Assembly: GCF_006345805.1 (NCBI RefSeq)
Contig: NW_021832120.1
Span: 314,694 to 378,693, forward strand
Origin: Octopus sinensis
Taxonomy: Eukaryota
Length of the DNA stretch: 64,000 bases
Direction: 5' to 3'
The notes under the pieces are model-generated. The model searched no databases and had not been told where the DNA came from. It was given only the letters and a program-made list of their open reading frames with translations. The position numbers and the translations under genes were made by a program. Within the stretch, counting starts at the first letter, position 1, and every line of letters begins with the position of its first letter. Positions 35,805 to 49,289 of the stretch are shown here, piece by piece.

Positions 35805-38800
35805 TTATTATTATTAGCACTGTCATAGGAACATAATGTAATTTAAACTAATTAAGTTCCCACATGTGCCACATATGAGACTATCTTTTCGGTCATAATT
35901 TTCCATGATGTGCGGTTGTATGCTATACTCCTGAGAGTATCTAGGTCGTCTCCATTTTTCAGTTGTCTTTTAACGCGTTGTAGTTCTTTTGAGATTACAA
36001 TAGGTAATGTATTTCGTGGGCGTCCTCGGGACGCAGATCTTTCGTCCTTTGCGTAATATGATTCCATTGCCCAGTTAGCATAGACATCCTGGTCGAGTCT
36101 TAGAATGTGGCCCAATAGGCGCCAACGTGCTTCGGTAATGTCCACACTGACGGGTCTGCTGTTGCAGATATTGTATAGGGTGGAGTTCTTGATTTTCTTT
36201 GGCCAGTTGATGCCAATAAGAATTCTTAACTGTCTTCTATGGAATGCATCAAGAGATTTTGATTCAGACTCAGATATTCCCCATGTTCCTCCGTTGTACA
36301 AAAGTATGGGTTTAATAAAAGCATTGTATAATTTGGCACGTAAGGCCGTTCCAACCTCGCGGTTTCGTAGCCAAGTGGTCCGCAGTTTGTTAAGTGCAAC
36401 AGTCGATAGCATCTTTCTCCTCATAATGTCTTCACTATCTCCTAAAAGAGTTCCAACTTTTTTCGAGTTTCGCCATTTTTCGTCTGTCCTATTTGCCTTT
36501 TTCGGTTGAGTTAGTGACGCAACTCTATTGCACAAAGTCTTAATCACATATGAGGCTACAAAGAGATTTTACTTTGCTATCATTCAATGTCAGAGGACTA
36601 TCTGACCTATCCAAGCGAAAAATCCTATGCCGGGATCTGAATGCATATGGTGCAACTATCGGATGCTTTCAAGAAACGAAGGTCAAAGGCGGGCTAGATG
36701 AGATACACAACGAGTATCGAATCATTCTCCTTCCATCAGAATCACGTCATTATGGGCAGGGGTTTGGCATTCATAAGACCTTTTGGAATTCAATTCACAA
36801 ATACTACCGTGTGAACGACCGCATATGTGTACTACAACTGAGACAAAAAACTTTGACCAACACGGATCGAATAATCAGCATTATAAATGTCTACGCCCCA
36901 CAAAGTGGAAGACTGAAGAAGAACGTGGATGAACTAGACTCTTTCTATCACATGCTATCAAAGACCTACACGAGTATAAAAACATCCTTCCTTATACTAA
37001 TTGCCGGTGATTGGAATGCTAAGGCAGGCAAAGGCCGTGGTGAAGAAGTGTTCATGGGCAGACATGGACGGGGGATAAGAAATGCACCAGGTGAAATGCT
37101 TGTGAACTTCTGCAGCATATTCAAGCTACTGCTATGCAATACGGTCTTTCCTCATGCGGCACGTCATAAAACCACGTGGACCGGACTAGAAGAAACAAAA
37201 ATGGGGAGTACGTCAACATCTATAATCAAATCGATTATATCATCTGTAGACAAGAAGAAAAACATCGATTGCTGGATGCCAGGTCATATGGCGGGGCACT
37301 TACACTGAGCGATCACAAAGTCATTGTGGCACGATTGAGACTGAAAAGAATTTTTGGATCGCCTCTTTCAAAAGAAAATGAATCAAACCGAATTAGATAC
37401 TCAGTGGAAAAACTGATTACATCAGATGTTACCAAGGAAAAATACTCCCAGGCAATCATCGAAAACCTAAAAGTAACAGAAACGGTAAAAGACCCAAACA
37501 AAAGCTGGGATATATTAGAAAAACTTATTCACAAAGCTGCAACGGAAACCATTGGAACGACTGCATTCAGAAACCACTCAAACCCATTGAATCCAAATGT
37601 TGCCGAAATGGCAACAAAACAAAAAGCCATCCAACTGAAAATTGAAAACACCAACGACAAGGAGGCAAAGGAAAAACTCAAAAGAGAACGTAGGAAAATA
37701 TCGAGAACAATCAAGAAGGAAAATCTTAAATACGTGAAAGCTTTATTAAACTCTCGAATATCAGAAGTTGAAGACTTAAAGGATGGTGCGCAAATGTACG
37801 CAGCCATCAGACTACTACGCCGACGACAACAGAAAACAAAACTGGTTGTGCACGATGAACATGGGAAAACAATTGGAAACCCAATCGAAATGGTAAATAC
37901 AATCGCCGACCACTTCGAAATACTATTCAATGGCAGGGCCGATGCTCTCGATGAGGGTGAAGAACGTTATCTAAACAACAAAATAACACACCTTGAAGTT
38001 TTGAAGGCTATAAAAAAATTAAAAAACAACCGTGCGGCGGGTCCAGACAACATCAACGGTGAATTGATAAAGTACTCCCCAATGGAGATCTCAACTATAA
38101 TCACAAATCTCCTGAACGAGATGTTCCATGGAAATACCATACCGCCTATTGGGAAAGGAACGCTAATTCCTCTCCAAAAACCCAACAAGCCGCAAGGTCC
38201 TCTTAACAACATTCGCCCAATCATACTCTTGAACACAATAAGGAAAATCTTCTCACTCGTAACACTGGAACGTATTAAGGACCCTGTTAATGAATATCTG
38301 TCGGCTAGCCAAAGTGGATTCAGGCCTGGGCGATCAACTGCAGATGTAGTATGGGGACATAGATGGATCTGTGCCATATCTCAGAAATTTAAAATGGCGA
38401 CCACAATATTGGGCATTGATATGAGCAGGGCATTTGATACAATCCGCAGAGACAAGCTAATGGAGATCCTCAAAACCATTCTTGACAATGACTCGATCAG
38501 AATGGTTCGAGCACTACTTATAGACACCGAGTTAACGGTGAAGATCGGACCCGTACAATCAAGATCTTTCAAAACAAGCATTGGAACGCCCCAAGGTGAT
38601 TCAATATCACCTGTACTATTCATTGTCTATCTTGAAGCGGCACTAAGAGATCTGAGAAAACTAGTGAAGACTACTTCAATAACTGAAGTGATATATGCCG
38701 ACGATGTAGACTTTTTGTCTCATGATAAGTCGACACTCGAAGAACTGCTGAACATTGCTCCTCATGCACTGGAAAAATGGTTCTTAAAAGTGAACATAGA

Positions 38801-38823
38801 AAAAACCGAATATGTAACAATCA
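35805..38823. mobile_element. Near-full-length RTE-clade LINE with inverted 5' segment (APE+RT on + 36510-38823; C-terminus and tail on - 36509-35805)
   Basis: APE SFNVRGL/FQET/GDWNA/QIDY/SDH; RT GTPQGDSISP, YADD; (TAA)4 tail at 35805-35816; flanking ATACCGG(G/A)AAA at 35794-35804 and 38824-38834; one frameshift near 37180. Confidence 0.92.
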
Positions 38824-39699
38824 ATACCGGAAAATAAATAAATAAAAATAATTTGTGTTAAATTTTTTTTACTTATTTAAATTGTTGGAGACTGGAACAA
38901 GCAAAGCTTCAAATGGAAATTATTGGACAGCATAGGAGGACTCATTATAAGAATATATTAGTGATTTCTGCAACATGAAACCTCTATGCTTGTAAATATG
39001 ATATTTAAGCAAAGAGCTAAGACACGACAACATAAACCGGCAAAGAATCAAAATAGAATATCAGTTTATGTACTCGTATTCCATTTTTGGTAAATAAAGG
39101 ACCTTAAAACTCCTTCGCCAAATGGGCCGGTTATTCTTTTATTTTTTAATTGAGAATTTAATTTAAAATATTTTGACAAGATATATTTGTTTCTAAAAGT
39201 CAGAATCCTGGATAATTTTAAATTTTATTTGTAATTTGAAAGTTTGATTTTACTCATATTGAAGTGGAATGTTTTGGGATGTATTTAACCAATCTCCCTT
39301 TTACATAAATGTCTTTTTTTACTTTCAGCCTACTTTCTTTTGGCTCCCTAAATGATAACATACGTGTAATCGGTGGTTTCTTTCTTCATTCTCCTAGCTT
39401 TAAAAAAGTACTCAACATATAATTTTTTAATCCTTTTACTTCCAACCAAAATGTAGGTCATCAAATGTATAGTTTTCATAAAGAATATACTATATTACAT
39501 TCATTTGAAGAAGCGTTTCAATTTTGTAGTTCATTATGTCCTCATTATCTTTTCCGCTTTATATCTTACATTCCCTCAATATTATCAGCTCCATAAGCTG
39601 ATTTGACCTACAAATTAATTTTGACAATCCAACTCCATGTGTTATGGCCACTCTCATGTCAAAACAATTGTCACATGTGTACCATACAATTATTATCAG

Positions 39700-42610
39700 A
39701 GAATAGAATAGAATAGTGTTTATTGAGCGAAAAGAAAAAGAAAAACAAGGAAGAAAAACATCGGCGGGGAGATAAAAACAAGGCACCGAAGTGTCTCTTT
39801 CCATGCGTATCCCCAATACTAGTCATGTTTGACGACAATTCTCCAAGACCATCCGGATCGTGGGCACAGAGGATTCTTGTGAGTCTTTTAGCCTTCCGTC
39901 AAGTTGTACTCCGTAAGCCAATTTCATAGCGAAACGTCTTGTCTTTTCCAACTGTTCGATCAGGTAGTCACTCTCCTCCGTACCGTACCAGCCCTCGTAG
40001 CCATATGTGAGGACTGGCTGCACACACGTTTTGTATACGTAGATGTACGTTTCCGGATCCAGATGGAACCTGGTTAAGCTTTTGAGGATCCTCACACTCC
40101 TCTTTCTCTGATTTGCTATATGCTCTACGTACGAGCCACGACAGTTAATGGTTGCTCCCAGGTAAGAAAGATTTTTTTTTTTCGAGAGATCCATCACATA
40201 GCTACTCATCGCATATGCACAAGACTCCGCATAGCGACTCCCTCTCCGCAACCATGAAATGGTGCTCTTCTCCGGTGCTAGGGTCAAACCCTTCTCTATA
40301 GTCCACATCTTTAGCGTTGCAATGTATGATTTCAGTCGTCTCCAAGACTGCGATATCCTTTTCGAGGTATCCATGACCAGGATATCGTCAGCATAGATAA
40401 CGAGCTTGCCAGTACGTGTCGACGGCAGAGGAATGTCCGCCAAGAAGAGGTTGAACAGAAGTGGACTCAAGATAGATCCCTGCGGGACTCCCCTTCTAAG
40501 TTCCACACACCCCGATAGGCGGTTTCCACAGCGGACAAATGATTGTCTTCCTGACAAGAAGCTCTCCAGCCATCGATAGGTCTTTATCCCGGCTCCGATG
40601 TCATGGATTCTGGAGAGTAGGCCCAGGTGCCACACGCTATCGAAGGCTTTGGCCAGATCCAGACACACCACAGTTAGCCATGCTTCATTTCTGTCAGCAC
40701 GGGATAATTGGTGCTCTAACTCCCTGAGGCAGTCCCCTGTGGATCTTCCTCCACGAAATCCCCATTGTTCAGGTAAAAGCAAATTTTGTGATTCTATATG
40801 ACCAGAGAGTCTGTTAAAGACAATCTTTTCCATTGTCTTAGAGAAAGCACAGATGAGGCTAATTGGCCGGTAGTTCTCTTCTAGCAGTGTCGATTTACCA
40901 GATTTTGGAATCATTCGAACAATCGTATGCTTCCACGCCGATGGAAGGTGTCCGAACGTCTAGCTGGCGTGAAACAACATAGTCAGTGCTCGTATCAAGA
41001 TTTCAGGGGCCTTTTTTAACAACATCTGAGGGATGTAGTCGAAGCCAGGCGCCTTGTTCTTCAACCCAGCAATTGCCCTTTTAACCTCTTCCTGTGTTAT
41101 CGTCCACATAATGGTCCCTCGGATAATTGCAAAGAGCCAAGCTTGTTCACAATTCGGTCATAAGTCCCTCGTGGAACGGTAGATTCGACCTTTTGAACAT
41201 GACTGAGTTGGTTCCTGAGTACTTCCGGGATACGATCAGAGGAGATATATTTCCCGTCTGGTTCTTTTAGTGAAATTTCAAATCCTTTGGCATCATTTCT
41301 GGTAAGGCGTTGATATGCTTTCTAGAAATTAGGGGTTCGCTTATCCAGTTTTCTGCATTCAGACCTCCATTTACATTCGACCTCAGTCTTGGCCATTTTT
41401 GCAATAGTAGATTTTATCTTTCGATCTCCAATTTCAGGCGGCATTTGATTGACTCAACCCGACATCTTCTCCTGCGATTTTCCAGGGTACCTTTCGTTCT
41501 GATCAGAGTGACAAGTTTCGAATTCATCCGCTTTTGCGTTCCTTTGGGTTTCCATACATTTTTTAATGCATAAACATCCAGGAATTTTATGATTGACGAT
41601 CTAAGGTGATCATCGAGATTGTCAATATCATCTCTGCTTCTCAGAGGCTGAGACACGACATTTCGAAGAGAATCCCGCATATATGATTCGAATAAACTCC
41701 AGTTCATGTTCACGAGGTTGTAACCAATGAACAAGTCCTCCGTAACATTCATAGTCATCTTTATCAACATCGTTTGCGGCACGTGGTCAGAGCCAATGTC
41801 CGCTTCCAACCTCGGTATGTAACATAAAGGACTAATTGATGCCGAGCATAGAAAGAGACCCAAGCGATCAGCCCTGCCTCTGTCTGCATAATGATTCACT
41901 TCTTCCGATGTAAAGACCGAAAAACCCAAGCTACTGGCCAAGTCCTCAAGGACAGTTCCATCCATATTCGTAGTTTCACATCCATAACTCACATTTTTGG
42001 CATTAAGATCTCCTGCTAGGATTGACAGGCAATTTTCCTCAAAGAACGTCCCAATAACGTTTGAATAGCGCCTTAGCGACTTTGAGTACATTCCCCCGAC
42101 GGTTAGCCAGCCAGCAGTCGTGTGCAGCTCGAGCACAATAAGTTCACAGAGTGACTCCTCCACAATTCTGATGTTTCTTACCTTAAGGTTCGCCCTGTAG
42201 TAGACTGAGGTTCCTGTCCCCGCCACTGAGTTTATTTTCCATGGTATATTAATAGACTTATAGCCTTCGAATTCCACCCTCGTAGCTTCCTTCAGCTTAG
42301 TCTCATTGATAATCAATATGTGAGACTTCGCTGTGGCCAGCAGGAGCCTCAGCTCCGATGCCCGTCTCGCAAGCGAGCGGGCATTTAGAATTGTCAGAGC
42401 AAGGAATCCTTCCGACATGGGTGGCTGACCTCCCGTGGGAGCGCCACCTTTTTCGGTAAAGGGGGTCTGCCTGCTTTCCGTTTGCCACCGGTTTCAGCCG
42501 GCTCTGGAGGCGTCCCATCGTCCTCCAGCCGGGCTTCAGGGCTTGGCAGCTGAACTCCAGATTTTGCTACTGCAGTTTTCTTCACTGCTCTCGCCTTCGG
42601 GGCGGTTATA
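39700..42610 (-). mobile_element. APE-RT LINE (Jockey/CR1-L2-like) with ORF1 remnant
   Basis: APE ILNARSL/INETKL/AGDLNA/SDH (41414-42418); RT YRPISL, GVPQGSILSP, YADD (39823-40914); AATAAA then (TATTC)n tail at 39700-39716; linker has stops. Confidence 0.88.
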
Positions 42611-42909
42611 AATCGTATTTATGATATTTTTGACTTGAATTTGACTTAATTTATCTTGTGATATAATTCCAATCGATTATTTCATTTTCTGTTCTATTGC
42701 ATTATTTAGCCATTTAACCTAACAACTTGTTGGCACTCTTGAAATGGGCACTCACTTAAATCAAAGAATAAATTTTCAAAAACTAAATATAGAGCTTTAC
42801 TTCTGTTCCTTTGTCTGACATTCATGGAACCTCGATTTTTGGGCCACTTTGGCCACCCAGGCCGTACTGTGTATTTATTTGTCATATAATAAATATATTT
42901 TGACATAGA

Positions 42910-43924
42910 ATGAATGTATTAATTAGAATATCCATGGATATAAAAATGACTCGTTCATCTGTGCATGTTTTACTCTCGGGAAACAGACTGCCCATTCCTC
43001 TCGCACAGCAAATTGTGTACAATATTGCCAAAGGAAGGGCATTCGGGTACTCAACAGACGTCTCAATCACATTATATCAACTCAAAGGAGACGATTCTGC
43101 TCTTGAAAAACTAGCGAAAGACTTGAAGGAATGTTGCCTTCCTCTTTTGAAAGATGTGAAGATGTGGAAACAAGAAATAAGTCCTGACTACACAGTCGTC
43201 TATCTCGACAAAACAGAACACGTAGTGGAATTAGTGAATATTGCTAAAGAAGTGGGGAAATGGAAAAGTGGATCAAAAGTAGTTTGATTGATAAATGAGG
43301 TGGTGATTTTTGGTCGAGGAAATGTGTGCCTTCTGGCCTCCCTTTTGCGAGATGTGGCTATTTTTAACGGAGTAGAACCTGCACTGAAAGACAAGTTTTA
43401 TAGTACAGCAGTCACTGCTCACTTGCAAAATTATGTTGTCGCCTGTGTAGCACGACATTGCGGCATTTTGCCTGGGGAAGTAAAACATTCGGTGGTGTGG
43501 GGATCAGAAAATCCAATTCCTGACTTGTCCTATGAAACGAACTCAAAAATTGATGACAATTGGAAAATATTTACAATTAAGAATGTTATATCTTTTTCTT
43601 ATTTTATAGAAACTGACGAAAAAAATATTTCGAGAAACCGACCTGGCATTTGCCCTGTGTCGTCACCTTCTCTATTTGACTACTCCACCTGATTGCACTG
43701 TAAGCGAATCAGAGACTGATTGGATTATGATGGGAGTCCCCTCAGGTGGTGCCTATGGGCTTGCCCCTACACTTGTTTTTGGACTTCCAATGGTCAAACG
43801 TGGCAGTTTGAGGCAACTCACTGATTTGACTCCTGACGAGTTTATGAGTGAAAAGATTTTACTTGCTGCCAAATCTGAACAAGAAAATGTTGAATTAGCG
43901 AATAAATACATGTCGCAATTATAG
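42910..43924 (+). CDS. Cytosolic malate dehydrogenase (MDH1)-fold protein lacking catalytic motifs (MDH1B-like), 3 exons, 322 aa
   Basis: Exons 42910-43278, 43300-43584, 43610-43924 (introns 21 and 25 nt) give a stop-free frame; ECCLPLLKDV, VKHSVVWG, MGVPSGGAYG, FMSEKILLAAK align with MDH1. Confidence 0.8.
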
Positions 43925-44199
43925 TTTGCTCTAATAAAATGATTATTCACCGTTCAAACTTGTAGTCGAAAGATTTATTTTTGCCAATGAACATACGGCT
44001 AAATTCTAGGAATGAATTCCTTTTCTTATAACTTTGTAATTTGTCACAATAAAATCAACTGGAAAAATATAATTTGCCAAAAAATAAAAATTAAGAATGA
44101 CTCACGCTCTCCTATACGAGACTATTCCTAGATATAATTATTATATTTCCTTTTATGTAATGGTTAAGATCACATTATATAAATTGTATTGATTAAAAA

Positions 44200-44271
44200 G
44201 CCCAAGTAGCTCAGTGGGAGAGCGTTAGACTGAAGATCTAAAGGTCGTTGGTTCAATTCCGACCTTGGGCA
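44200..44271 (+). tRNA. tRNA-Phe: tRNA-Phe (anticodon GAA)
   Basis: Complete cloverleaf: acceptor GCCCAAG/CTTGGGC, D GCTC/GAGC, anticodon stem TTAGA/TCTAA with loop CTGAAGA, T stem GTTGG/CCGAC with TTCAATT; TTTT just downstream. Confidence 0.97.
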
Positions 44272-44439
44272 TATTTTATAAATATTAAATTAAATAATTT
44301 TTACAGGCAGGGAATATTTAGAAACAATTATTAAAAAATCTTTACAGTGTGTTGATAAATTTTTTTAAGAAATAACCTATTTAGTATCGTTTTAGAAAAA
44401 AGAGCATGATCATAAGCCACTTGCAGTTGCACGCATGAT

Positions 44440-44800
44440 TAACTGTGCAATGCCTCGAACGACAGCTATTCAGATTTGTTGGAACAACTATTACACTTCC
44501 CGAGGCTCCCCATGTCGCATAGGGACTTTTCCTCTGACTTCTTTGATGAAAGAGGTCGTTAGAGGGGCGTTTACCCTAGATGTCTCCATATTAATGGGGA
44601 TGACGCGATACCGTTGTCCAAGATTTGCACATTTCCTGGTCAGTCAACAGCAAACTGATGCTGGGCGATGTCTTGGCTGCTGTTTGTCTGATCTCATTGA
44701 TGGTACCTGTTCTTCCTTTAACAAAATTCGTTTTCTTCGATTGAAACATCCTTTCGTCCCAGTTGATATCTGAGAACCTCCTCAAGTGATCAAACCTGCT
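44440..44800 (-). mobile_element. CRE-like 3' end, degenerate
   Basis: RYRVIPINMETS...GEPREV..LFQQI*IAVVRG. Confidence 0.65.
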
Positions 44801-45399
44801 CACATTGTTTTCTCAAATGACGTTATAGCTTTTTTTGGCTCATTTCCGTTGAGTAGCAGTGGTAGAGTGGATGGCCTAAAACGTAATACTTTATAAGAAA
44901 TGACATTCTTTGTAGAAACAAAATAAAATATACTTCGATTCTTATCCAGGGTAGCCAATCTGTTATTGTGCAAATAGAAAAAAACTTATTTTGTCATAAG
45001 CCTAAGTACCACCGTGGCAGAGATCGTTCACTGAAATGTAGATGTTTAGAGCAGTAGACACAAGATTTAAACCAACTAAAGAGTTTATGTGTCTTGTCAC
45101 AATCAGTACTAGATAAAACCGAACAATTGTTTTTATAATTCTGGAAACCATATGCAAAATATAGAAAACACAGTCTCCTAAAGGATGATACACGGGGACT
45201 GTTTTGATGCAAATAAAAAACGATTTGATCAAAATTGCTTAATTTATTATTTCAATTAAAGTGTCCATTATATAAGTTTCTCAGAATATTTTGATATATC
45301 TTTGGGCGTTTTTAATGTTATTTATCCAGAAATTATTGGAAAGTATATTAAGTAATTTCACCGTCCCCTGAATCAAAACACCCCCTTTGGCTTTAAAAT

Positions 45400-46200
45400 G
45401 AGTTGGCGGATACGAGAGGGAAATCTTTACTTTCCCAAATGGAATCCTTAACAATCCTAAACGACCCATCGAGGTACACAAGGACACAATTCAGAGTGAC
45501 TGACAAACCTATATCATCCGATGTAACTCTATGATCTTCATTTCTCGCATCATCTACGGAGTGCTCAGTCCTCTATGAAACGAGAAGCGATCACAACCCC
45601 ATCGCGGTGAAGATCAAGAGAAGTTGTCACCAGGAAAGTTTCCATTCCATACAATTACAAAGCAGCCAACTGGCCATGGTTCCAAGAGATATTGAACACG
45701 AAACTAAAGAATTGCAATCTGTGCAACTTATCCCTAGCCCTTTTCAACCTTTTCTAGAAGATCTCCCCCCCTCCTTCGACAATAATGACATTGTCCTCTC
45801 ATACGTGGACGACATCGTATTAGCCTCACGAGACCGGGACATCCAGAAGGCCTCTGAAAGGCTCCAAGCTAATTTGGATCGGCTGAACTTATGGCTGACG
45901 GACAACCGGCTCGTGGTAAACGCGGCAAAGTCCGCCAAGTCCCTCTTCACTTCCGACAAAAGATTGGGAAGGACTTCAATCGACTTAAAGCTGAACAATG
46001 TGTCCATACCCTTCTACAGGAGTCAGACGGTCCTAGGGGTAACCCTCGACATGCACCTCTGCTTCTCCCCGCACGCAGACAACCTCCTTCGCAAATGCGA
46101 AAAAAAAACTGAACATCTTCAGAACTCTATCCGGCATATGGGAAAACAGGTCACACCCGGTCCTGGCGAATATCTACCGCCATTACTTCGAACCATCAAT
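45400..46200 (+). mobile_element. APE-RT LINE fragment with large internal deletion
   Basis: SDHNPI and NYKAANWPWF (end of APE) join directly to LFN/FLEDLP...YVDD...LGVTLD (RT core). Confidence 0.8.
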
Positions 46201-47042
46201 TCCCTACGCCTGCAGATCATGTTTTACAGAGGGTCGAATCTTAGTGCTCGACATGTATTTTTCTAAAATTATGTATTTATCTTTGTGACTTGGGCATATA
46301 ACACTAATAGACCTAAAAAATGGAACAAAGAAAAATTGGAACAAAAATCAGGTTAGTCATTTAGAACACCAAAAATTTTAATTTAAGCACAATCTTCTGT
46401 GCATAGAAGATTGCTGGGAGCAGGGTATCGACAAGGTTGCAATCTATTATGAGTAAACAAACACAACATATGCTTGTGCTGTGATTAGTATTGCTCCATT
46501 TACATTTGGAAATATTTGTACACTTTTGGGAGCTAATGTGATAAAATGAAAATTTTGTTCATTAGGCACTTTCGTAATCCTTAAGTAAACGAAGAAAAAA
46601 AGTAAGCAATTGGGTGGCTAAGGGAGAATCCTTAAATGAGAATAGCAAAGTATACATTGTGGGTTGGGACCCATTTGTGTAAATGCACATTTTCTTTCTC
46701 TCATTCATACTACACAGTCAGTAATTTAAAATACAAAAGGGCGACTGGATGACTGAATTTTGGCGACAGAAAAATGGAATTTGATGGCATTTCACTTTAA
46801 TGTAAAAATAGAATTCTTACAGAGTTCTTAAATTGCCTAGACTTGCAAAAGCATCTATATCCAGGTAAAGAAGATTACTGCAGAGATACAGTTATCTAGT
46901 GATTTAAAATATTTGAATGTACATCTGAAATAAGTGATCTAAGCTATCAAATGAATTTTTTTTAGTATTCTCGTTAATGAGTCTCTATTACACTTACTAG
47001 TATTAATTCTCCAAAGTTGGGATGAGTGGATTACTTTTTATT

Positions 47043-47680
47043 GCTGCCCGCGGAAGAAGTGGCGGAAACGGGAACCGCGGTTTCCGTGACCTGGATGCCA
47101 AATGTGGCGGAATACAAAAGGGTTTGCGAAGTCTTTGATTTCTAGCTTGAACTCAAGCTTATGGCAGATGTTGGCTTGGTTTCTCATCTTTATTGACTCG
47201 AATAAAATTGGCTTCCCAAACGCGCGAAAATCTAGTCTTCTAAACTAAATTTTCCGCGCAAATCTACGTGTCTCCTGCATTCCGTTCACTACTCTGATGC
47301 CTCAAGTGGGAGTAGTTGAGTTCGAGGATTAGCATCAAATCACCGTGGCTGACTTACCGGGACTTGTGAAAGGATTCTCGGTTGGTGGGGGATTTTAGTT
47401 TTTGAAACACGTTGAGCGGTGTCGTTTTTTGATGTTTGACCTTGATCATTATCTCGATTTATTTCGTCTGTTTAACGACTGAAAGTGTTAGTTGGAGGAC
47501 TACAAGGAGTGACTGAATCGAATTCCTTTCTTGTAGTGTCGATTTATAAGACGCAAGTCGGAGTTTTGATGGATTTGTTCGTCTGGAGGACACTCAACTC
47601 ACCTCTTTCGCTATCTCTACCAAATTGGCATTGCCGACTAAATTACGCTCTAAACTCTTTGCTTAATGTAGTGAAATTAG
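47043..47680 (+). pseudogene. Obg-family GTPase (MTG2/GTPBP10-like) pseudogene fragment
   Basis: ARGRSGGNGN, LELKLMADVGL, GFPNARKSSLL, PFTTLMPQVG, VADLPGL, FLKHVERC; several TAA/TAG stops; short intron with mutated acceptor. Confidence 0.8.
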
Positions 47681-47879
47681 TGTACACCAGTAGAACAAGG
47701 CTTGCCAGAATGCACAAATAAAGGTCACTAACGTATCTTACATAGTGATGTATAGTGGTCACCCAACCAAAGAAGGAGTGTGATCTGTAGCGCTTAACCA
47801 AGGGAATTACTTGATCCTGCTACTTTTGTACTCCATTTGGGGGAACATATTGTCCACACCCTCCCTCAACACATCCATC

Positions 47880-48480
47880 AATGAATTGCATTTTTGTTCC
47901 GTAGAATTATTTTTTGCAACATTCCATTTTTTCCACGTGGTTTACTGTTCTCTGCAAGCTTAACAGTTCTAAATAAAAGCGAAAAGAAAATTAGGCTCAT
48001 CGCTGTGGGTAACATATTCAGGAAGCTCACTGCGAAAATCATTCTTAGCGATTTTTTTCCTAATTTGAGTTCCCATTTGTCGCCACGTCAGTTCGACGTT
48101 GATGTGCGAGGTCTTTATGAGCCATCGGGAATTGGTCAATAAGTGCAATCCGAAAATTCCGTTTGTTGCAAAAATGGAGAGAAACTGTCTCAAATGAGAT
48201 TTACCCTGGCGGACATGTTGGTTTTAAGGACCGTTACTCAGTCTGCGTCGTCTCCTGGCTTTGCGTCTTGCCGGGCCGAGGGAATCAAAGGGAGGAAGTT
48301 CGCGTCCATTCCTGATGCATACAACTTCGTCCCAATTGCCGTGGAGATGAGTGGCGTGATTGGCCCGCTGGGAAGAGGATTCTATCTGTAATTGGGAAGC
48401 TGATCGGAAAGAAAACTTATGATTACCCGGAAACCAGCTGGCTGTATTAGAAAATATTTAAAGCAATCTTGCGAGGTAAA
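47880..48480 (+). mobile_element. CRE-like element, RT and RLE pieces joined by deletions
   Basis: KIRLIAVGNIFRKL...LSPRQF; YNFVPIAVEMSGVIGP. Confidence 0.75.
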
Positions 48481-49289
48481 TAGTTTGTTGTGAAATTACT
48501 GGCAAATCATAACTGTTTACACAACTTTTTTTGATTTGAAAAAATGATTCCCTTATTAAAAGACATGTATTTTCTTGTAGTTTATTATGACAGATTTGGC
48601 TGTTTATAAAAGTTTAATTCTATAGGCATCCGCAGAAAAAGTAATAGAAAGATGCCAACAAACTTTCATTCAAAAGGAAAAAAAGCATTCAATAGTTTTT
48701 ATAATATTTATCAGAAGCCGCCATAAGGAGACTGGAAGTTGCCTACCTTTCGTTATACTTTATTGTGAGGTATGTTCGGATATGTTCTCAGAAATAACGC
48801 TCAAAGTCTCCCTGACCGATCCACATACTGAAAGTCCGCATACCGGAACTATTCGTTTGTAAACCTAAGCAAAGAAGTTCTTTAAAAATCAAAAAAATAA
48901 CAGAAAACCAAGAAGAAAACACATTAGACGACAATTCCAACAGAAAATAACGATTTATGCCAGAGTTTCTCATCGGGGTCCTTAGAAAAAATAAGTGCGT
49001 CCCCATAATTTTATATTTTCAATATATTTTTAATGTAGTCTTTGTTTCTTTTTCATAAAAATGCTCTAAATATACAAAATAAATTTTCTGCACACTTTAA
49101 TCGCGTGTTTTAACGTAGATAAAAAACGATTCTGGTGTAATTCTTATGTTCAATATTGATTCATAAAAAGAAGGAAATAATCGAATTTGAAGGAAATAAT
49201 CGAATTTTATCATAAAAATATGTATTACACACAGCGCAATTTATTCCTTTATTTCAACCTTTCTCTGATCTGCATAAACAAAATTCTGA

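Noticed and set aside
36105-38623. Antisense ORFs (36105-36509, 37529-37930, 37967-38377, 38381-38623) and similar ones opposite other elements
   Set aside because: Shadow frames of real transposon coding strands with no motifs.
44900-45240. Possible Mutator/MULE transposase remnant on minus
   Set aside because: Resemblance too faint and no TIRs found.
46560-46990. Possible second aminopeptidase P or other gene fragment (NSKVYIVGWDPF)
   Set aside because: Single short motif with many stops; cannot assign.
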